DNA of 58,558 nt from a virus (IMGVR_UViG_3300010403_000180:1-58558), one strand, 5' to 3'. Positions 1 through 9,930 are shown, numbered from the stretch's first letter. Translations and numbers: made by a program. The notes: a model not told the origin generated them from the sequence alone.

Positions 1-983
1 TAATAAACAAGGACAACCACTCCACCATTTCCACCACCACCTCCGCCACCTGCCCCTCCGTTTCCTGCACCGCCAGTTCCGTCAAATCCGTTTCCTCCAT
101 TGCCTCCATTTCCTCCTTTTGATTCAATAGCTGCCGAAGCACCGATAACAATTACTGCGAAGGCAATAAAGATAGTACCTCCATTCGTACCTGGGGCTCC
201 TCCACCACCGCCCCCTCCACCAGCACCAGAAGTAATAGAACCTCCTCCACCACCGCCCCCACCAGCAGAATTTGCAGAACCTTTTAATTTAATAGTCGCA
301 CCCGTAGCAGTAATATCAAGCATCTCTCTCATTAGCCAACCTAAAATGAACTTAACTAATGCAAGCGTTGCCGTACCCCCAGTGCTTGAACCACCAGAAG
401 ACGGACCCGTTCCGTTTCCTTGGGTTCCACCACCACCAGCACCTCCAGCCACTCCATTCCCACCAATAGAGTTTGAAATAGGTGTACCAGTTTTAGAGCC
501 TCCTGCTTGACCAACGTTTACCGCCTCACTTCCGCCATTTCCACCATTCTCTGCTGGGAAACCAATTAAATATCCATCTGCCATAGCCACCCCAACACCA
601 CCATTAGCACCAGAATTGTTCGTGGCGTTTGAACCATTGCCACCATTGGGGCCATTCCTCTTAATTTTAGAAGTACCGTTCATGGTTAGCGTACCAGTAC
701 CAAAAATGCGGTATCCTGCGGGGTCTAGGGTAGTACCCGTAGCCATTGTCATATTCGTATAGTAAACATCTCTTGTAAGCGTATAATCGCTACCAGATTT
801 TGTTGAACCAGCAGGGGTTGAAGCTCCATCAAAGTCAGCCGTACCATCCGAGCCGTCTCCGTACATATTAAAAAGACGCTTGTAGGCATCTACAAATTGC
901 GTCCATATTTCGGTGAAGTTACTGTTCATATTGCTGGCATCCAACTCATCGCCAGCAGCGAAAGTTACGTTTGGCTTTGACAT
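1..983 (-). CDS. Glycine-rich tail fibre/receptor-binding-like protein, N-terminal part (runs off left edge, continues at 58558)
   Basis: ATG at 983; frame open to position 1 (read manually); MSKPNVTFAAGDELDASNMNSNF...YGDGSDG...GGNGG repeats; last gene of tail module. Confidence 0.8.
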   Translation of the reverse strand, partial: MSKPNVTFAAGDELDASNMNSNFTEIWTQFVDAYKRLFNMYGDGSDGTADFDGASTPAGSTKSGSDYTLTRDVYYTNMTMATGTTLDPAGYRIFGTGTLTMNGTSKIKRNGPNGGNGSNATNNSGANGGVGVAMADGYLIGFPAENGGNGGSEAVNVGQAGGSKTGTPISNSIGGNGVAGGAGGGGTQGNGTGPSSGGSSTGGTATLALVKFILGWLMREMLDITATGATIKLKGSANSAGGGGGGGGSITSGAGGGGGGGGAPGTNGGTIFIAFAVIVIGASAAIESKGGNGGNGGNGFDGTGGAGNGGAGGGGGGGNGGVVVLVY

Positions 984-988
984 ATTTT

Positions 989-1627
989 TTAACTAATAGT
1001 TACTTTGTAATCAACAGTTAAAGATTCTGTATTTGATTTCGTTAATGGAAGCTCTGCGGTTTCTGGGTCGGCAATTCGGCTAAATAACTGACCAGTGTTT
1101 ACAGTTCCAGTTCCGTCAATAAAATGACCAACTTCGTAATATGTTCCCGTGGTTTCTGTTGCCGTAAAGAAGGTTGAGATATAAGCTACGTTTGATGAAT
1201 ATGTTTTTGAACTGATAACTTTTCGGAAAACTTCCGTGCCAAGTTGGGTGTTTCCATTTGCCGAACCAGTTGCATCGCTTCCCAATGCACAATAATTTAA
1301 AATCCCCGTGTAGGTGGTTGTTCCTGCAAGAATCATGGCAAAAACAGTTCTTCCAACCGTTGGGATTATATTAGTTTTTACTATTTTTCTTTTAAGAAAT
1401 TTGCTGTGAAAAACTTCTTTTAAAGCATCAAATTCTTTTCCTCTTAGCGTTGCAAGTTTCGCCTCCATGGCCTTAGCCTCTGGGGTGCTGACATCGCAAA
1501 AGTAAAATGTTGCTTCGCCCTTCATTTGTAAAGTGTCATTCATAGTTTTATGCGACAAAGTTGCAGCCCCTATTAAAGAATGCTGGTCGCTTCCTGTCAG
1601 CATCGCTGGCGGGAAAGTACGGAGCAT
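989..1627 (-). CDS. Putative tail/baseplate fibre-attachment protein (start probably ATG at 1543)
   Basis: Beta/Thr-rich; YCALGS..LGTEVFRK..EVGHF pattern seen in tail-collar-like proteins; position in tail module. Confidence 0.55.
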   Translation of the reverse strand: MLRTFPPAMLTGSDQHSLIGAATLSHKTMNDTLQMKGEATFYFCDVSTPEAKAMEAKLATLRGKEFDALKEVFHSKFLKRKIVKTNIIPTVGRTVFAMILAGTTTYTGILNYCALGSDATGSANGNTQLGTEVFRKVISSKTYSSNVAYISTFFTATETTGTYYEVGHFIDGTGTVNTGQLFSRIADPETAELPLTKSNTESLTVDYKVTIS

Positions 1628-3827
1628 ACACCCAAGTGGGTGGGCTGTCTTTAATCATTCTAATTAACGTTTCGCCGACAACCATTGTGTCAAGCGTTAC
1701 TAAACTAATTCTATCAAGAGTTTGATTAAAGTGCAATTCTTCTGCAAACGTCATGGTGTCAATATCTTCTAGGTTTATGGTAATATCCAATACTTCACCC
1801 TCCTGTCTAAACACTCCAACCTTTTTGTTGGTGTCATCAATTTGCTTCATCAAAAATTCCACGATTCCAATCACTCGTGCCGTTGAACATTCTATTTTGT
1901 AATCCAGTCTTTCTGGGGTTTTGGTGGTCGTGATAACCTTGTTAATGGTGAAATCTTGGTTGAGCGTTCGTATATCCGATTGGATATTGATATGCTGACC
2001 AGAGCGTAAGCCATTTCTTGCTGTTTTGAATGTCGCCTTTTTAATCGGTAACGCATAATCGGTAAATTCCGCTTGGGCTCGCTGTCTTGCCGCTTCTTTG
2101 GTCTTAATTAACTTATCCACAACCACCCATTCATGTTCTCCGTAAGTTGCAACCGAAGCACTATTTTTTGCCTTTACCAATACCACTATCAATGGACTGC
2201 CTGTAACAACAACGTCTCCACTGCCTGGGGCAGAGTTAAATTTGATAACCTTTTCTTGGTAGTTCCACAAACAATCAAAACTTGTTGGGTCATCAATAAA
2301 GTCAACGCCAACAGTTTTTCCAACACCTCCAACGGTTACGGTAGGAGAAACATCATATCGGTATGGAAGTTTGAAGCTCTTAGTGGTTCCATCGCCCGTG
2401 CCAACCTTGTCGCTTCGGCTGTCGCCAACATACTCACCGCCTCGCACATAGACAATATTTCTAATTTGTTTATTGTCATCGTTCACTTCTAAACTGTTAA
2501 AAACATAGTTTCCGTTGGTGTCGGTTAGGTCAAACGGTGCAACCTCTCCCGTAGTCTTTGGGAAAAAATGAATGTCTTTGTTGTAATCAATGTACCAATC
2601 AAAGCCTATAAGTTCAGCAAGTTGCTGGATGCAATCAGATGGCTTTTTGTAGTTAAACAAAATATATTCTAGGGTAACTCCGCTGGCCTGCACGTTTGCC
2701 ACAGTAAATCCCGTGGTGTAGGTGGAAATAATATCGGTTACGATATCTTCCACAGCCATGCTTTCATAGGTATCAAAAACCAGCTTTCGGTTAAGCGTAT
2801 AAGTGTAATCAGAACATTCAACATCATAGCTGATGAGTTTTCCTCTAATGCTTTCGGTAACTTTGATAATCACTCCCGCAAAAATCTTTTCTCCGTGATA
2901 GTAAACAATGATTTCGCTCTCAATCCCTGGCTTCCAAATTCTGCCTTCGTAGCTCTTGGTGGTAAATTGCAGGTTATCAATTTGAGAGGTGATGATGTCT
3001 TCTTTTCTAAAAGAATCCCAATCAATGAAGTCAACTTTATCCACACCATCAACCATCACAATAAAAGCCTGCGACCCAGGCGAAGGGCTGGGGCTAATAG
3101 AAGGACTGACTGATGGTGATACTGATGGTGAAACAGAAGGGCTTACTGATGGACTTGCCGAGGGGCTAATAGATGGACTTCTTGATGCAGAGGGGGATTG
3201 GCTAGGAGATGAACTTGGTGAAACAGATGGCGATACCGAAGGAGAGCTAGAAGGAGAAACCGAGGGGCTAGCGGAGGGGCTTGCAGAAGGACTTTTTGAA
3301 GCGGAGGGAGAAGCGGAAGGGCTTGAACTGGGTGAGGAAGATGGCGAAGCTGAAGGGCTAATTGATGGAGATTTTGAAGCAGAAGGTGATAAAGAAGCTG
3401 ATGGTGATGCGGATGGGGAGGAAGATGGAGATGAAGAAGGGCTAACGGAAGCCGAAGGTGATGCGGAAGGGCTAGAACTTGGTGATATTGAAGGGGATTT
3501 TGATGGGGAAATTGATGCCGAGGGTGAGGCAGAGGGTGAGGAAGATGGCGAGACGGAGGCACTAGGCGAGGCGGAGGGACTTGATGAAGGAGAGACGGAG
3601 GCGGAGGGGGAGGCCGATGGTGAGGAGGAAGGAGAAACAGATGGTGAGCGTGAAGCGGAGGCCGCTCCAATAAAGTATTTTGGAATGGCTAAATTGTTCT
3701 GCTCAAACCACCAGCAAAGGTGGATAGGTTTCCAGTTTAATAGCGTTTCTTCTTTAACAAAAAGCGACAGAAGTTTGTGGCTCCAACTCGTCAGATTTTC
3801 TATTGTCTTTGCTAAAAAAGTTTTCAT
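1548..3827 (-). CDS. Tail/baseplate hub-like protein with N-terminal conserved leader and ~190-aa Ser-Pro (SPS) repeat
   Basis: 759 aa; SPSxSPS tract, then hub-like domain (IQQLAELIGFDWYIDYNKDIHF, GLRSGQHINI); downstream of tape measure. Confidence 0.75.
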   Translation of the reverse strand: MKTFLAKTIENLTSWSHKLLSLFVKEETLLNWKPIHLCWWFEQNNLAIPKYFIGAASASRSPSVSPSSSPSASPSASVSPSSSPSASPSASVSPSSSPSASPSASISPSKSPSISPSSSPSASPSASVSPSSSPSSSPSASPSASLSPSASKSPSISPSASPSSSPSSSPSASPSASKSPSASPSASPSVSPSSSPSVSPSVSPSSSPSQSPSASRSPSISPSASPSVSPSVSPSVSPSVSPSISPSPSPGSQAFIVMVDGVDKVDFIDWDSFRKEDIITSQIDNLQFTTKSYEGRIWKPGIESEIIVYYHGEKIFAGVIIKVTESIRGKLISYDVECSDYTYTLNRKLVFDTYESMAVEDIVTDIISTYTTGFTVANVQASGVTLEYILFNYKKPSDCIQQLAELIGFDWYIDYNKDIHFFPKTTGEVAPFDLTDTNGNYVFNSLEVNDDNKQIRNIVYVRGGEYVGDSRSDKVGTGDGTTKSFKLPYRYDVSPTVTVGGVGKTVGVDFIDDPTSFDCLWNYQEKVIKFNSAPGSGDVVVTGSPLIVVLVKAKNSASVATYGEHEWVVVDKLIKTKEAARQRAQAEFTDYALPIKKATFKTARNGLRSGQHINIQSDIRTLNQDFTINKVITTTKTPERLDYKIECSTARVIGIVEFLMKQIDDTNKKVGVFRQEGEVLDITINLEDIDTMTFAEELHFNQTLDRISLVTLDTMVVGETLIRMIKDSPPTWVYAPYFPASDADRKRPAFFNRGCNFVA

Positions 3828-4342
3828 TTAAGTAAGGGTTCTGGGATAATTTCTCTCGTTCCAAAATAATAAATTCGGTTTGAAAGTCGGTTGGGTTTGT
3901 TTGAGCCATATCGGATAAATCTTTTTCGGTATGCAGAAACATCGGCATCATCAATGGTGTTTAAGATTATGTAGTTGCAGATTTTTCCTACGGCTTTGGC
4001 AAACTCATCGGTCAAAACAAATTCGCACATTCTTCCATCAAACAAATCTACAATGCAAACGTCAAAGTGTCCGCAATGTTTTATATATTCTCGTGCATCC
4101 TGCTGAATAAATTCTACTCCGAATTGTTCCTGGCATGGCTTAATATCCACTGCGGTTATTGGGACGGCTCCATAAATAAGTCGTGTGAGTCCTGCCACGG
4201 TTCCACCTGCAAATCCCAAAATGAGTACACTCTCTGGCTTAAACTGTGGCACCATATAAATCCAAACTCCGTTCGTCAGATAAGCAGTCGGTGGATTCAC
4301 GGAGTCTATTAAGCCTTCCGAGTTTCTCATTTTTTCAATCAT
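3824..4342 (-). CDS. Class I SAM-dependent methyltransferase (spermidine-synthase-like fold)
   Basis: VLILGFAGGTVA, ITAVDI, DAREYI, FDVCIVDLF motifs; paralog at 51224-51763. Confidence 0.75.
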   Translation of the reverse strand: MIEKMRNSEGLIDSVNPPTAYLTNGVWIYMVPQFKPESVLILGFAGGTVAGLTRLIYGAVPITAVDIKPCQEQFGVEFIQQDAREYIKHCGHFDVCIVDLFDGRMCEFVLTDEFAKAVGKICNYIILNTIDDADVSAYRKRFIRYGSNKPNRLSNRIYYFGTREIIPEPLLK

Positions 4343-6372
4343 ACCCGTATGTTCAGTTTTAATTTATCAATAATCATGTCGCCGATTTCTTCGGCAACAC
4401 TGCGGTCAAGGTAGGTTCCACCGTTAATGTTGACCACAATTCCTCCACCTCCTGCCAAAGCACCTGGATTTTGCATAGCAATAATAAAGTCCTTCGGGTC
4501 GGTGCTCACAATATGACCGCCTTGAACCACTCCGTCCTTGATTCCAAGGCTACTTTTAACACTGCTAACTGCCCCTCCAACGGCTCCGCCGATGTATTGG
4601 GCTGCTTTCTGCCCCCACTCATAAACCCTTTGAAAGGCGTTGGCTACGGCGTTTATAGCGTCTGCAAAGGCTTTAATCTGGGCACTGGCTTGTTGCACAA
4701 TGAAGTTCACCACTTGGGTTATGAGGGTCAGCACCCTTGCCAAGGTATCAAGCATGATACCAAGAATGCTTACCACTAACACGAATGCCCCATAGAGAGC
4801 CGCTCCGAAAACAATCACCAAAGGTTGGGCTGCTTTCCAAAGTTCCAGCAAGCTCGGTAAGAGTTGCGTGGCAATAGTGTTCCAAAGGTTCTTTAAAGCT
4901 GGGAAAAGTTTAGTGGAGAGGTCTTGCCACAGTTGGTTGAAAATCGGGGTAACAAAGGTAGCCAAGGTTTCCCACAGTGCCATTAAGACTGGCATAATAT
5001 TGGTGCTGAAATAATTATAGAGTTCGGTGGCTATGCCCATCAGACTTTTTACGGTGTCAATGAAAAATTCAAACGCATGGCGTAGGTCAGTCATTACTCC
5101 CTGTAAGAATTGCAATATATCAATCTTTGAAAACTCGGTCAGAAGGTCTTGCCAGTTTATATGCAGTTGGGAAACAATCGCTGCAAGACCAATCGCTACT
5201 GCAATAATAATTCCAATCGGCCCCGATAGAGCAACGAATCCTGCAATAATCGGACCAATTATTAAACCAAGCGTACCAACCGCTGCAACCACTCCCGATA
5301 CTGCCAAAGCCACCAGAATAATGTTTCTGGTGAGTTCTGGGTTGGCATTTATCCATTCCGTAATTTTTAAGATGACGGGGGCGATTGAGTTAAGCAGGCT
5401 TGAAATAACTGGGATAAAAGAATCACCAATCGCCTGTTTTAAGTTATTAAAAGTTTCTTTTAAGACAAGCAGTTGCACTTCCAAGGTGTTTTTTACGGCT
5501 TCTGCCCTGCCTCCTACGAGCTCTTGCACCTTTGCAAAAATCTCGGCTGCGGAAGCACCGTCTTCAAGCTTAATTCCGTATGCCGTTAAAATCCTCGCTT
5601 GTCCTGCGAGGGCTTTTGAAAGGCTGGTGGCCGCTTCTTCAAGGGTGATATTTTTTGCCCGTGCCAAGTCCATTGCCAAAGAAGTATCAGTGATAGATTT
5701 CTTTACATCACCCGTAACTTGGAAAAACTTTGACATGGCAACCGCCGCAGTCTCATCGTCAAATCCTAATTGCACCGCTGCTTTTGAAGCACTAATAAAA
5801 GCGTCCCTCGCTTTGTTTAATTCCTCTTGGGTTATTTTTATCGTCTTGGTAATCCCAATGGTCTTGGTATCTACCGCCCCAAGCTTACTTCCGTATTCCT
5901 GTATTTTTAAGTTAAGCCCCTCAATTTGGTTTCTGGTTGAGGCAACTTGGATAGCGTAATCAGCTTGTGATATTTTTCCCTTTGAAAGCTGGTTGTTAAG
6001 GTCTATGAGGTTTTGTTGCTTATCTCTGATGGCAATGCTAGCGGCTTGAATCTCATTCTTCATTTTCGCCGCTTCCACGCCTGTGATTTTCAGACTGCTA
6101 CTGGTAAGGGTTAATCCCGTTGCCACTTCAATCGCCCTTCCTTTCATAGAACTTAGGGCTGCGTCAAAGTTCGCCATTTTTAGTTGAGCATCAGCGGCCT
6201 CTTTAACACTCAATACTAAGCCTGCTGAAATCGCACCAAAAGCGGCAGTGCCAGCTATTGCCATGCCTTCAAATGCGGGTTTCATATCAGTCAGCGTTCC
6301 GCTAATTCTCTTAGCTACCGATGAAACCTCGTCCGTCATCCTTGCGATAATGTCTATGTATTGATTAGCCAT
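4339..6372 (-). CDS. Tail tape measure protein
   Basis: 677 aa, Ala-rich helical, AMDLARAK motif, Trp-spaced repeats, hydrophobic segments; follows tail chaperones. Confidence 0.9.
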   Translation of the reverse strand: MANQYIDIIARMTDEVSSVAKRISGTLTDMKPAFEGMAIAGTAAFGAISAGLVLSVKEAADAQLKMANFDAALSSMKGRAIEVATGLTLTSSSLKITGVEAAKMKNEIQAASIAIRDKQQNLIDLNNQLSKGKISQADYAIQVASTRNQIEGLNLKIQEYGSKLGAVDTKTIGITKTIKITQEELNKARDAFISASKAAVQLGFDDETAAVAMSKFFQVTGDVKKSITDTSLAMDLARAKNITLEEAATSLSKALAGQARILTAYGIKLEDGASAAEIFAKVQELVGGRAEAVKNTLEVQLLVLKETFNNLKQAIGDSFIPVISSLLNSIAPVILKITEWINANPELTRNIILVALAVSGVVAAVGTLGLIIGPIIAGFVALSGPIGIIIAVAIGLAAIVSQLHINWQDLLTEFSKIDILQFLQGVMTDLRHAFEFFIDTVKSLMGIATELYNYFSTNIMPVLMALWETLATFVTPIFNQLWQDLSTKLFPALKNLWNTIATQLLPSLLELWKAAQPLVIVFGAALYGAFVLVVSILGIMLDTLARVLTLITQVVNFIVQQASAQIKAFADAINAVANAFQRVYEWGQKAAQYIGGAVGGAVSSVKSSLGIKDGVVQGGHIVSTDPKDFIIAMQNPGALAGGGGIVVNINGGTYLDRSVAEEIGDMIIDKLKLNIRV

Positions 6373-6583
6373 CGTGGTTTGATTTATTCTTCTTATTTTG
6401 GAAAGCAGCTTCGGTGTTCCTCATTATCAGGATGCATTCAATAAACCAAGTTGGCTGGGAAAGATATTGTTGGTATGTCCATCCCATTTCACGGCAAATG
6501 GTAACTATCTTCATTTCTTCCGTGGCAGCACCACTTCCCGTTTGTAGAACATAGGCATAATCGTTAGCTACTTCGTTTTTTTT
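6365..6583 (-). CDS. Tail assembly chaperone frameshift extension (gpGT-like), reached by -1 frameshift
   Basis: A9 slippery run (T at +6576-6584); -1 frame encodes ...ICREMGWTYQQYLSQPTWFIECIL... to stop at 6365. Confidence 0.75.
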   Translation of the reverse strand, partial: KKNEVANDYAYVLQTGSGAATEEMKIVTICREMGWTYQQYLSQPTWFIECILIMRNTEAAFQNKKNKSNHDG

Positions 6584-6897
6584 TCCTCTAAGTTGGTGAT
6601 TTGCTTTACCTCGTCAAGAACAATTTTGAATTCTTCTGCTCTTAATTCAAGCAAAGCATCAAGCACGTTCTCTGCTTTGCCGTCAACTGATACCACCACC
6701 TGTGAGACCTGCTGATTTTCAATTTCGTCTACCACCTCGGCTGGAAAGGCATCAATTTTCGGTATTGATTCATTCATGTCAACCTTGACATATTTCATCA
6801 TTACGTTTCTGATAGCCCTATCCTCTTTAACATTCAGATAGGTTTTAAGCACTATCGTATGTTCCCCCGCCTTAATTTGTTTCGTTTCCCGTTCCAT
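6568..6897 (-). CDS. Tail assembly chaperone (gpG-like)
   Basis: 109 aa between tail tube and tape measure, ends EEKKTK at slippery site. Confidence 0.75.
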   Translation of the reverse strand: MERETKQIKAGEHTIVLKTYLNVKEDRAIRNVMMKYVKVDMNESIPKIDAFPAEVVDEIENQQVSQVVVSVDGKAENVLDALLELRAEEFKIVLDEVKQITNLEEKKTK

Positions 6898-6940
6898 TTT
6901 GTTTGGAGTTATTCGGTTTTTCCGAACAACTGGTTAATTA

Positions 6941-7915
6941 TTAGTAAGAAGATACTCCGTTGATAAGTTGGAGAGTGCTCCACAACCTTGTATTAGCAAG
7001 GTCAAAGTACACTTCAAAGTTAATGTTTTGAGCGGCGATGTCTCCAAGACCTCCCTTCTTTTCCCATGCGTCAAACATGACTTTTGGAAATACCATGTCT
7101 AAGGTTGGGAATTGGGTAGCTCCTAAAAGCTTTGGGCAAACCAGTTTAATCTCAACTGCTTTGACGGTGTTATTTAACATGTAGTCCCTCCATGTTCGGT
7201 CTTCGTAGTTCAGTTCCAAAGAGCCCTTAATCTTAAAGCCCTTAATTATAATATCCTCTGGTTCCAAGGTTCCCAGCACGTCAATTTTTCCAACGCTCTT
7301 GGCAATTTCAATGTTGAAGTTCTTCAAGCTAATGGCGGTGGCCGCAGACAATAGGCCAGTGTCGTTTGCCACTTTGAAAATCAAGTCGCTTCCAATGAAC
7401 CGCTTATCAATCTGGTAGCTGGCGGTCGGGGCGGTTTCATCTTGGTGCACCTTAGAGATAAAGTTAGCTACGAAGGTAGCAATCTTTCCAACTGCTATGT
7501 CAATTTTCAGGGAGTTAATCATCGCCATTCGGAAGTTAGAAGAACCAACTGGGTCTTTTAAGTGGATAGATAAGCTGGTGCCAGTTACATTGTTTGGCAG
7601 GGTGTAGTCGTGAGAATATACACCAGTCTCCAATAGAGTTGGAGTGTCGGTTCCGCAAAGAGCCAAGAGAATCAATCCGAAAGAGTTCACATTGATTTCT
7701 CCTTCAATATCTCCCTCCGCCCATTCGCTGGTAACGTAACCAGTCATGGCCGCATCGGTGATGTGCCCATAACTTGATTCCGTCATAGCTCTATTGACCT
7801 TGTCATCAAACGTCAGAGCTGTTTTAGGCAACCAATAAGTCGCCGCAACTCCCGTGCCTTTGCTGGATTCCTTTCCGATACCGACCTCCACTAAACGATT
7901 TACAAATTTTGTCAT
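6941..7915 (-). CDS. Major tail tube protein
   Basis: 324 aa; VGIGKESSKGT N-terminus, beta-rich; position. Confidence 0.8.
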   Translation of the reverse strand: MTKFVNRLVEVGIGKESSKGTGVAATYWLPKTALTFDDKVNRAMTESSYGHITDAAMTGYVTSEWAEGDIEGEINVNSFGLILLALCGTDTPTLLETGVYSHDYTLPNNVTGTSLSIHLKDPVGSSNFRMAMINSLKIDIAVGKIATFVANFISKVHQDETAPTASYQIDKRFIGSDLIFKVANDTGLLSAATAISLKNFNIEIAKSVGKIDVLGTLEPEDIIIKGFKIKGSLELNYEDRTWRDYMLNNTVKAVEIKLVCPKLLGATQFPTLDMVFPKVMFDAWEKKGGLGDIAAQNINFEVYFDLANTRLWSTLQLINGVSSY

Positions 7916-7947
7916 GTTTTTTTAGCCTAACTTCAACCGAGGTCTCA

Positions 7948-8382
7948 TTAAGCAGTTATGTTAATTGATATTTTTACTTTTATTTCCATTTCCGCTTTCA
8001 TGTATGGCGGTGAAGGAATTAACTCATCGGTCAATGCGGGCTGGCAGATAATCATCGTTTCATCGCTGGCTAGCTGTACGCTGGATAATTGCTGGTCTCG
8101 GTCAAAGGCGTATAAGATGTCGTCCACTGCTTGCAAAACCATGTCTCGTGCCTTTTTCTCGCTGATGGTGCCCTCTGCAACCTTCACAATGACTATCAGC
8201 TTATACACATACACTCTCTGGTTCTCAATCGTTGTTTCAAACTCTGAATCGTTCTTTTTGGCCGCAATCATCACGGCTGGGTAGCCATTAAATTCTTCGG
8301 TCGGGTAATCAGCCACTTCTTGGATAGTAGAGATGCTTTGTAGCTTGGCTTTAATTGCGTTTTGAATGCTATGAAATCCCAT
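7948..8382 (-). CDS. Tail completion/terminator protein
   Basis: 144 aa, YPAVMI motif; position before tail tube. Confidence 0.6.
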   Translation of the reverse strand: MGFHSIQNAIKAKLQSISTIQEVADYPTEEFNGYPAVMIAAKKNDSEFETTIENQRVYVYKLIVIVKVAEGTISEKKARDMVLQAVDDILYAFDRDQQLSSVQLASDETMIICQPALTDELIPSPPYMKAEMEIKVKISINITA

Positions 8383-8384
8383 GG

Positions 8385-8750
8385 TTACATCTCTAATAAT
8401 TTTTGTATTCTGTTGTTGATTATCTGTTCAAAGTTTGGCCTAAATTGCGTGGCTGGCTGTTCCAAAAACTTTGCTTGCCCTGTTCTGTGCCTTGCTCGTT
8501 CGTTCTCGTGAACGTAGAGGGCATAATCGGTGTGGGCACCCACCACCACTTCCAACCTATTTCTTTCCCAAACCTGGGTGGCTCCTCGCAATCTTCCTGT
8601 GTCTACTGGCACCAATGGCTTTGCTTTTCCTTCTAAGAAATAACCAACTTCCCACATCGCTTCGGACATTTCCTGCACAAAGTTTCTTGGCATGTCTTGG
8701 AATTTCTTCGTTACTTCCGATAGGTTTTTTATATTAAGTTGGATTTCCAT
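8385..8750 (-). CDS. HK97 gp10-like neck/tail component
   Basis: AKPLVPVDTGRLR, YALYVHE, AKFLE motifs. Confidence 0.85.
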   Translation of the reverse strand: MEIQLNIKNLSEVTKKFQDMPRNFVQEMSEAMWEVGYFLEGKAKPLVPVDTGRLRGATQVWERNRLEVVVGAHTDYALYVHENERARHRTGQAKFLEQPATQFRPNFEQIINNRIQKLLEM

Positions 8751-8751
8751 G

Positions 8752-9066
8752 CTATTTTACTTTCACCAAGACCACATATTTGTGCACCAGATTTCCAATC
8801 TCCGCTGGTATCGTTACGCTTCTGACTTTATATTCATTGTTGTCTTCATCTACAATTTTATCCCCAACCTCAATGTCGGTGTCCTCCTCGCAAAACATTT
8901 TGTAGGTTTTGCCTGGGGCTTCTCCCATTGCCAGGGTTTTCTCATCAGATACTCGTTGGATTGAAGCAATGTCGGCGGTGATGGTGCTGTAAATAAACTT
9001 ATCGGCTCCCAGCGGTGTCAGTCTTGAAATGATGATTTGATTTGTTAATAAGTTTCTTAAAGTCAT
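8752..9066 (-). CDS. Head closure/head-tail joining protein
   Basis: 104 aa, DIEVGDKIV..YKVRSV pattern; position. Confidence 0.65.
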   Translation of the reverse strand: MTLRNLLTNQIIISRLTPLGADKFIYSTITADIASIQRVSDEKTLAMGEAPGKTYKMFCEEDTDIEVGDKIVDEDNNEYKVRSVTIPAEIGNLVHKYVVLVKVK

Positions 9067-9656
9067 ACCACTATCTCTCGGTACGCATCTAAAATGTCAT
9101 AAATTCCTAGGCGGTCAGATGCTTTTTTGACACTTTGGTACGTTACAGAGTATTCACCTAAACTCTCCGACTTAATATCGCCTGTGGAATTTATATAATT
9201 ATCCTCTACCATCGCCGCAACCATCTGGGTCGCTGCGAAAGCTAGGTCGTCTGGGATGGCGGTGCTGAATCCGAACTTTCCTGTTACCACAATGTTCTGA
9301 TGGCCTCTCTGAAAGTGAGCTACCTGTGAACCAAGCCTCAATGTAATCTGGTTGAAATAGCTTTTATTTTCTGGGTAAAGTTTGTAATCGCTTGCGGTAA
9401 GAGTAAAGAGCAAATTGCCAGTATCATCATAAATTTTAATTGCGGTTATCTCGGTGGCATCGTCAATCAACAAGGTGTCGCTTCCGTCGCCGTCATATTT
9501 TCGGTCTTCGGAAGTCCCAGATTCAAAAGTCCTGCCCGTGTACTTATCAATAAAAGCTTTCACTGCCGCAATGAAGTCGGACAATGAAGTGAGCGGGCTT
9601 GGAAGGGCTGACAGTCCAAGGTATTGTAAGACTTTTGTTTGCGTGGTGTATCCCAT
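9063..9656 (-). CDS. Head-tail connector (gp6/gp15-like)
   Basis: FIDKYTGRTF, IPDDLAFAA, KSESLGEYSVTY, ILDAYR. Confidence 0.8.
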   Translation of the reverse strand: MGYTTQTKVLQYLGLSALPSPLTSLSDFIAAVKAFIDKYTGRTFESGTSEDRKYDGDGSDTLLIDDATEITAIKIYDDTGNLLFTLTASDYKLYPENKSYFNQITLRLGSQVAHFQRGHQNIVVTGKFGFSTAIPDDLAFAATQMVAAMVEDNYINSTGDIKSESLGEYSVTYQSVKKASDRLGIYDILDAYREIVV

Positions 9657-9657
9657 A

Positions 9658-9873
9658 CTAAATTACTTTCTTGGTTTTATATTTTTTATGTCCTTCGGTC
9701 TTCATCATCTTGTCGGCAGGGGCTTCTTGAAAATTAGAGGTCTGATACTTTTCCTCTTTGTATAAAATTGCTAAACCTCTATCAATATAAAAATGTGCTT
9801 CGTTGTTGCCAACTACTTTGACATCTCCCACTTCGTTATCTTGATAATTTTTTAGAAACTTTATTTTTTGCAT
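9658..9873 (-). CDS. Small protein with ribosomal L9 N-terminal-like motif
   Basis: IKFLKNY..GDVKVV..A..YI.RGLA, a pattern often found just after phage capsid genes. Confidence 0.5.
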   Translation of the reverse strand: MQKIKFLKNYQDNEVGDVKVVGNNEAHFYIDRGLAILYKEEKYQTSNFQEAPADKMMKTEGHKKYKTKKVI

Positions 9874-9900
9874 AATGTTTTTTACTTAACCCTTGGGAGT

Positions 9901-9930
9901 TGCTGGCGGAAGAAGATAAATCCGCCAGCA
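9901..9930. other. Perfect 10-bp stem-loop downstream of capsid gene
   Basis: TGCTGGCGGA-N10-TCCGCCAGCA; no clear U-tract, so mRNA stabiliser or weak terminator. Confidence 0.55.

Noticed and set aside
100-510. Plus-strand Pro-rich ORF
   Set aside because: Antisense shadow of Gly codons in the minus-strand tail gene.
2113-3046. TTATCCACA 9-mers inside genes (also 31582, 39394, 53701)
   Set aside because: Single copies inside coding sequence, mostly explained by Val-Asp-Lys/Asn codons; not treated as DnaA boxes.
2989-3831. Plus-strand Gly/Glu/Asp-rich 280-aa ORF and His/Pro/Leu-rich alternative frames (3143-3670, 48377-48832, 49445-49828)
   Set aside because: Shadows of the Ser-Pro repeats, which lack stops in other frames.
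5027-5959. 310-aa plus-strand ORF
   Set aside because: Antisense to the tape measure gene, with no recognisable motif.
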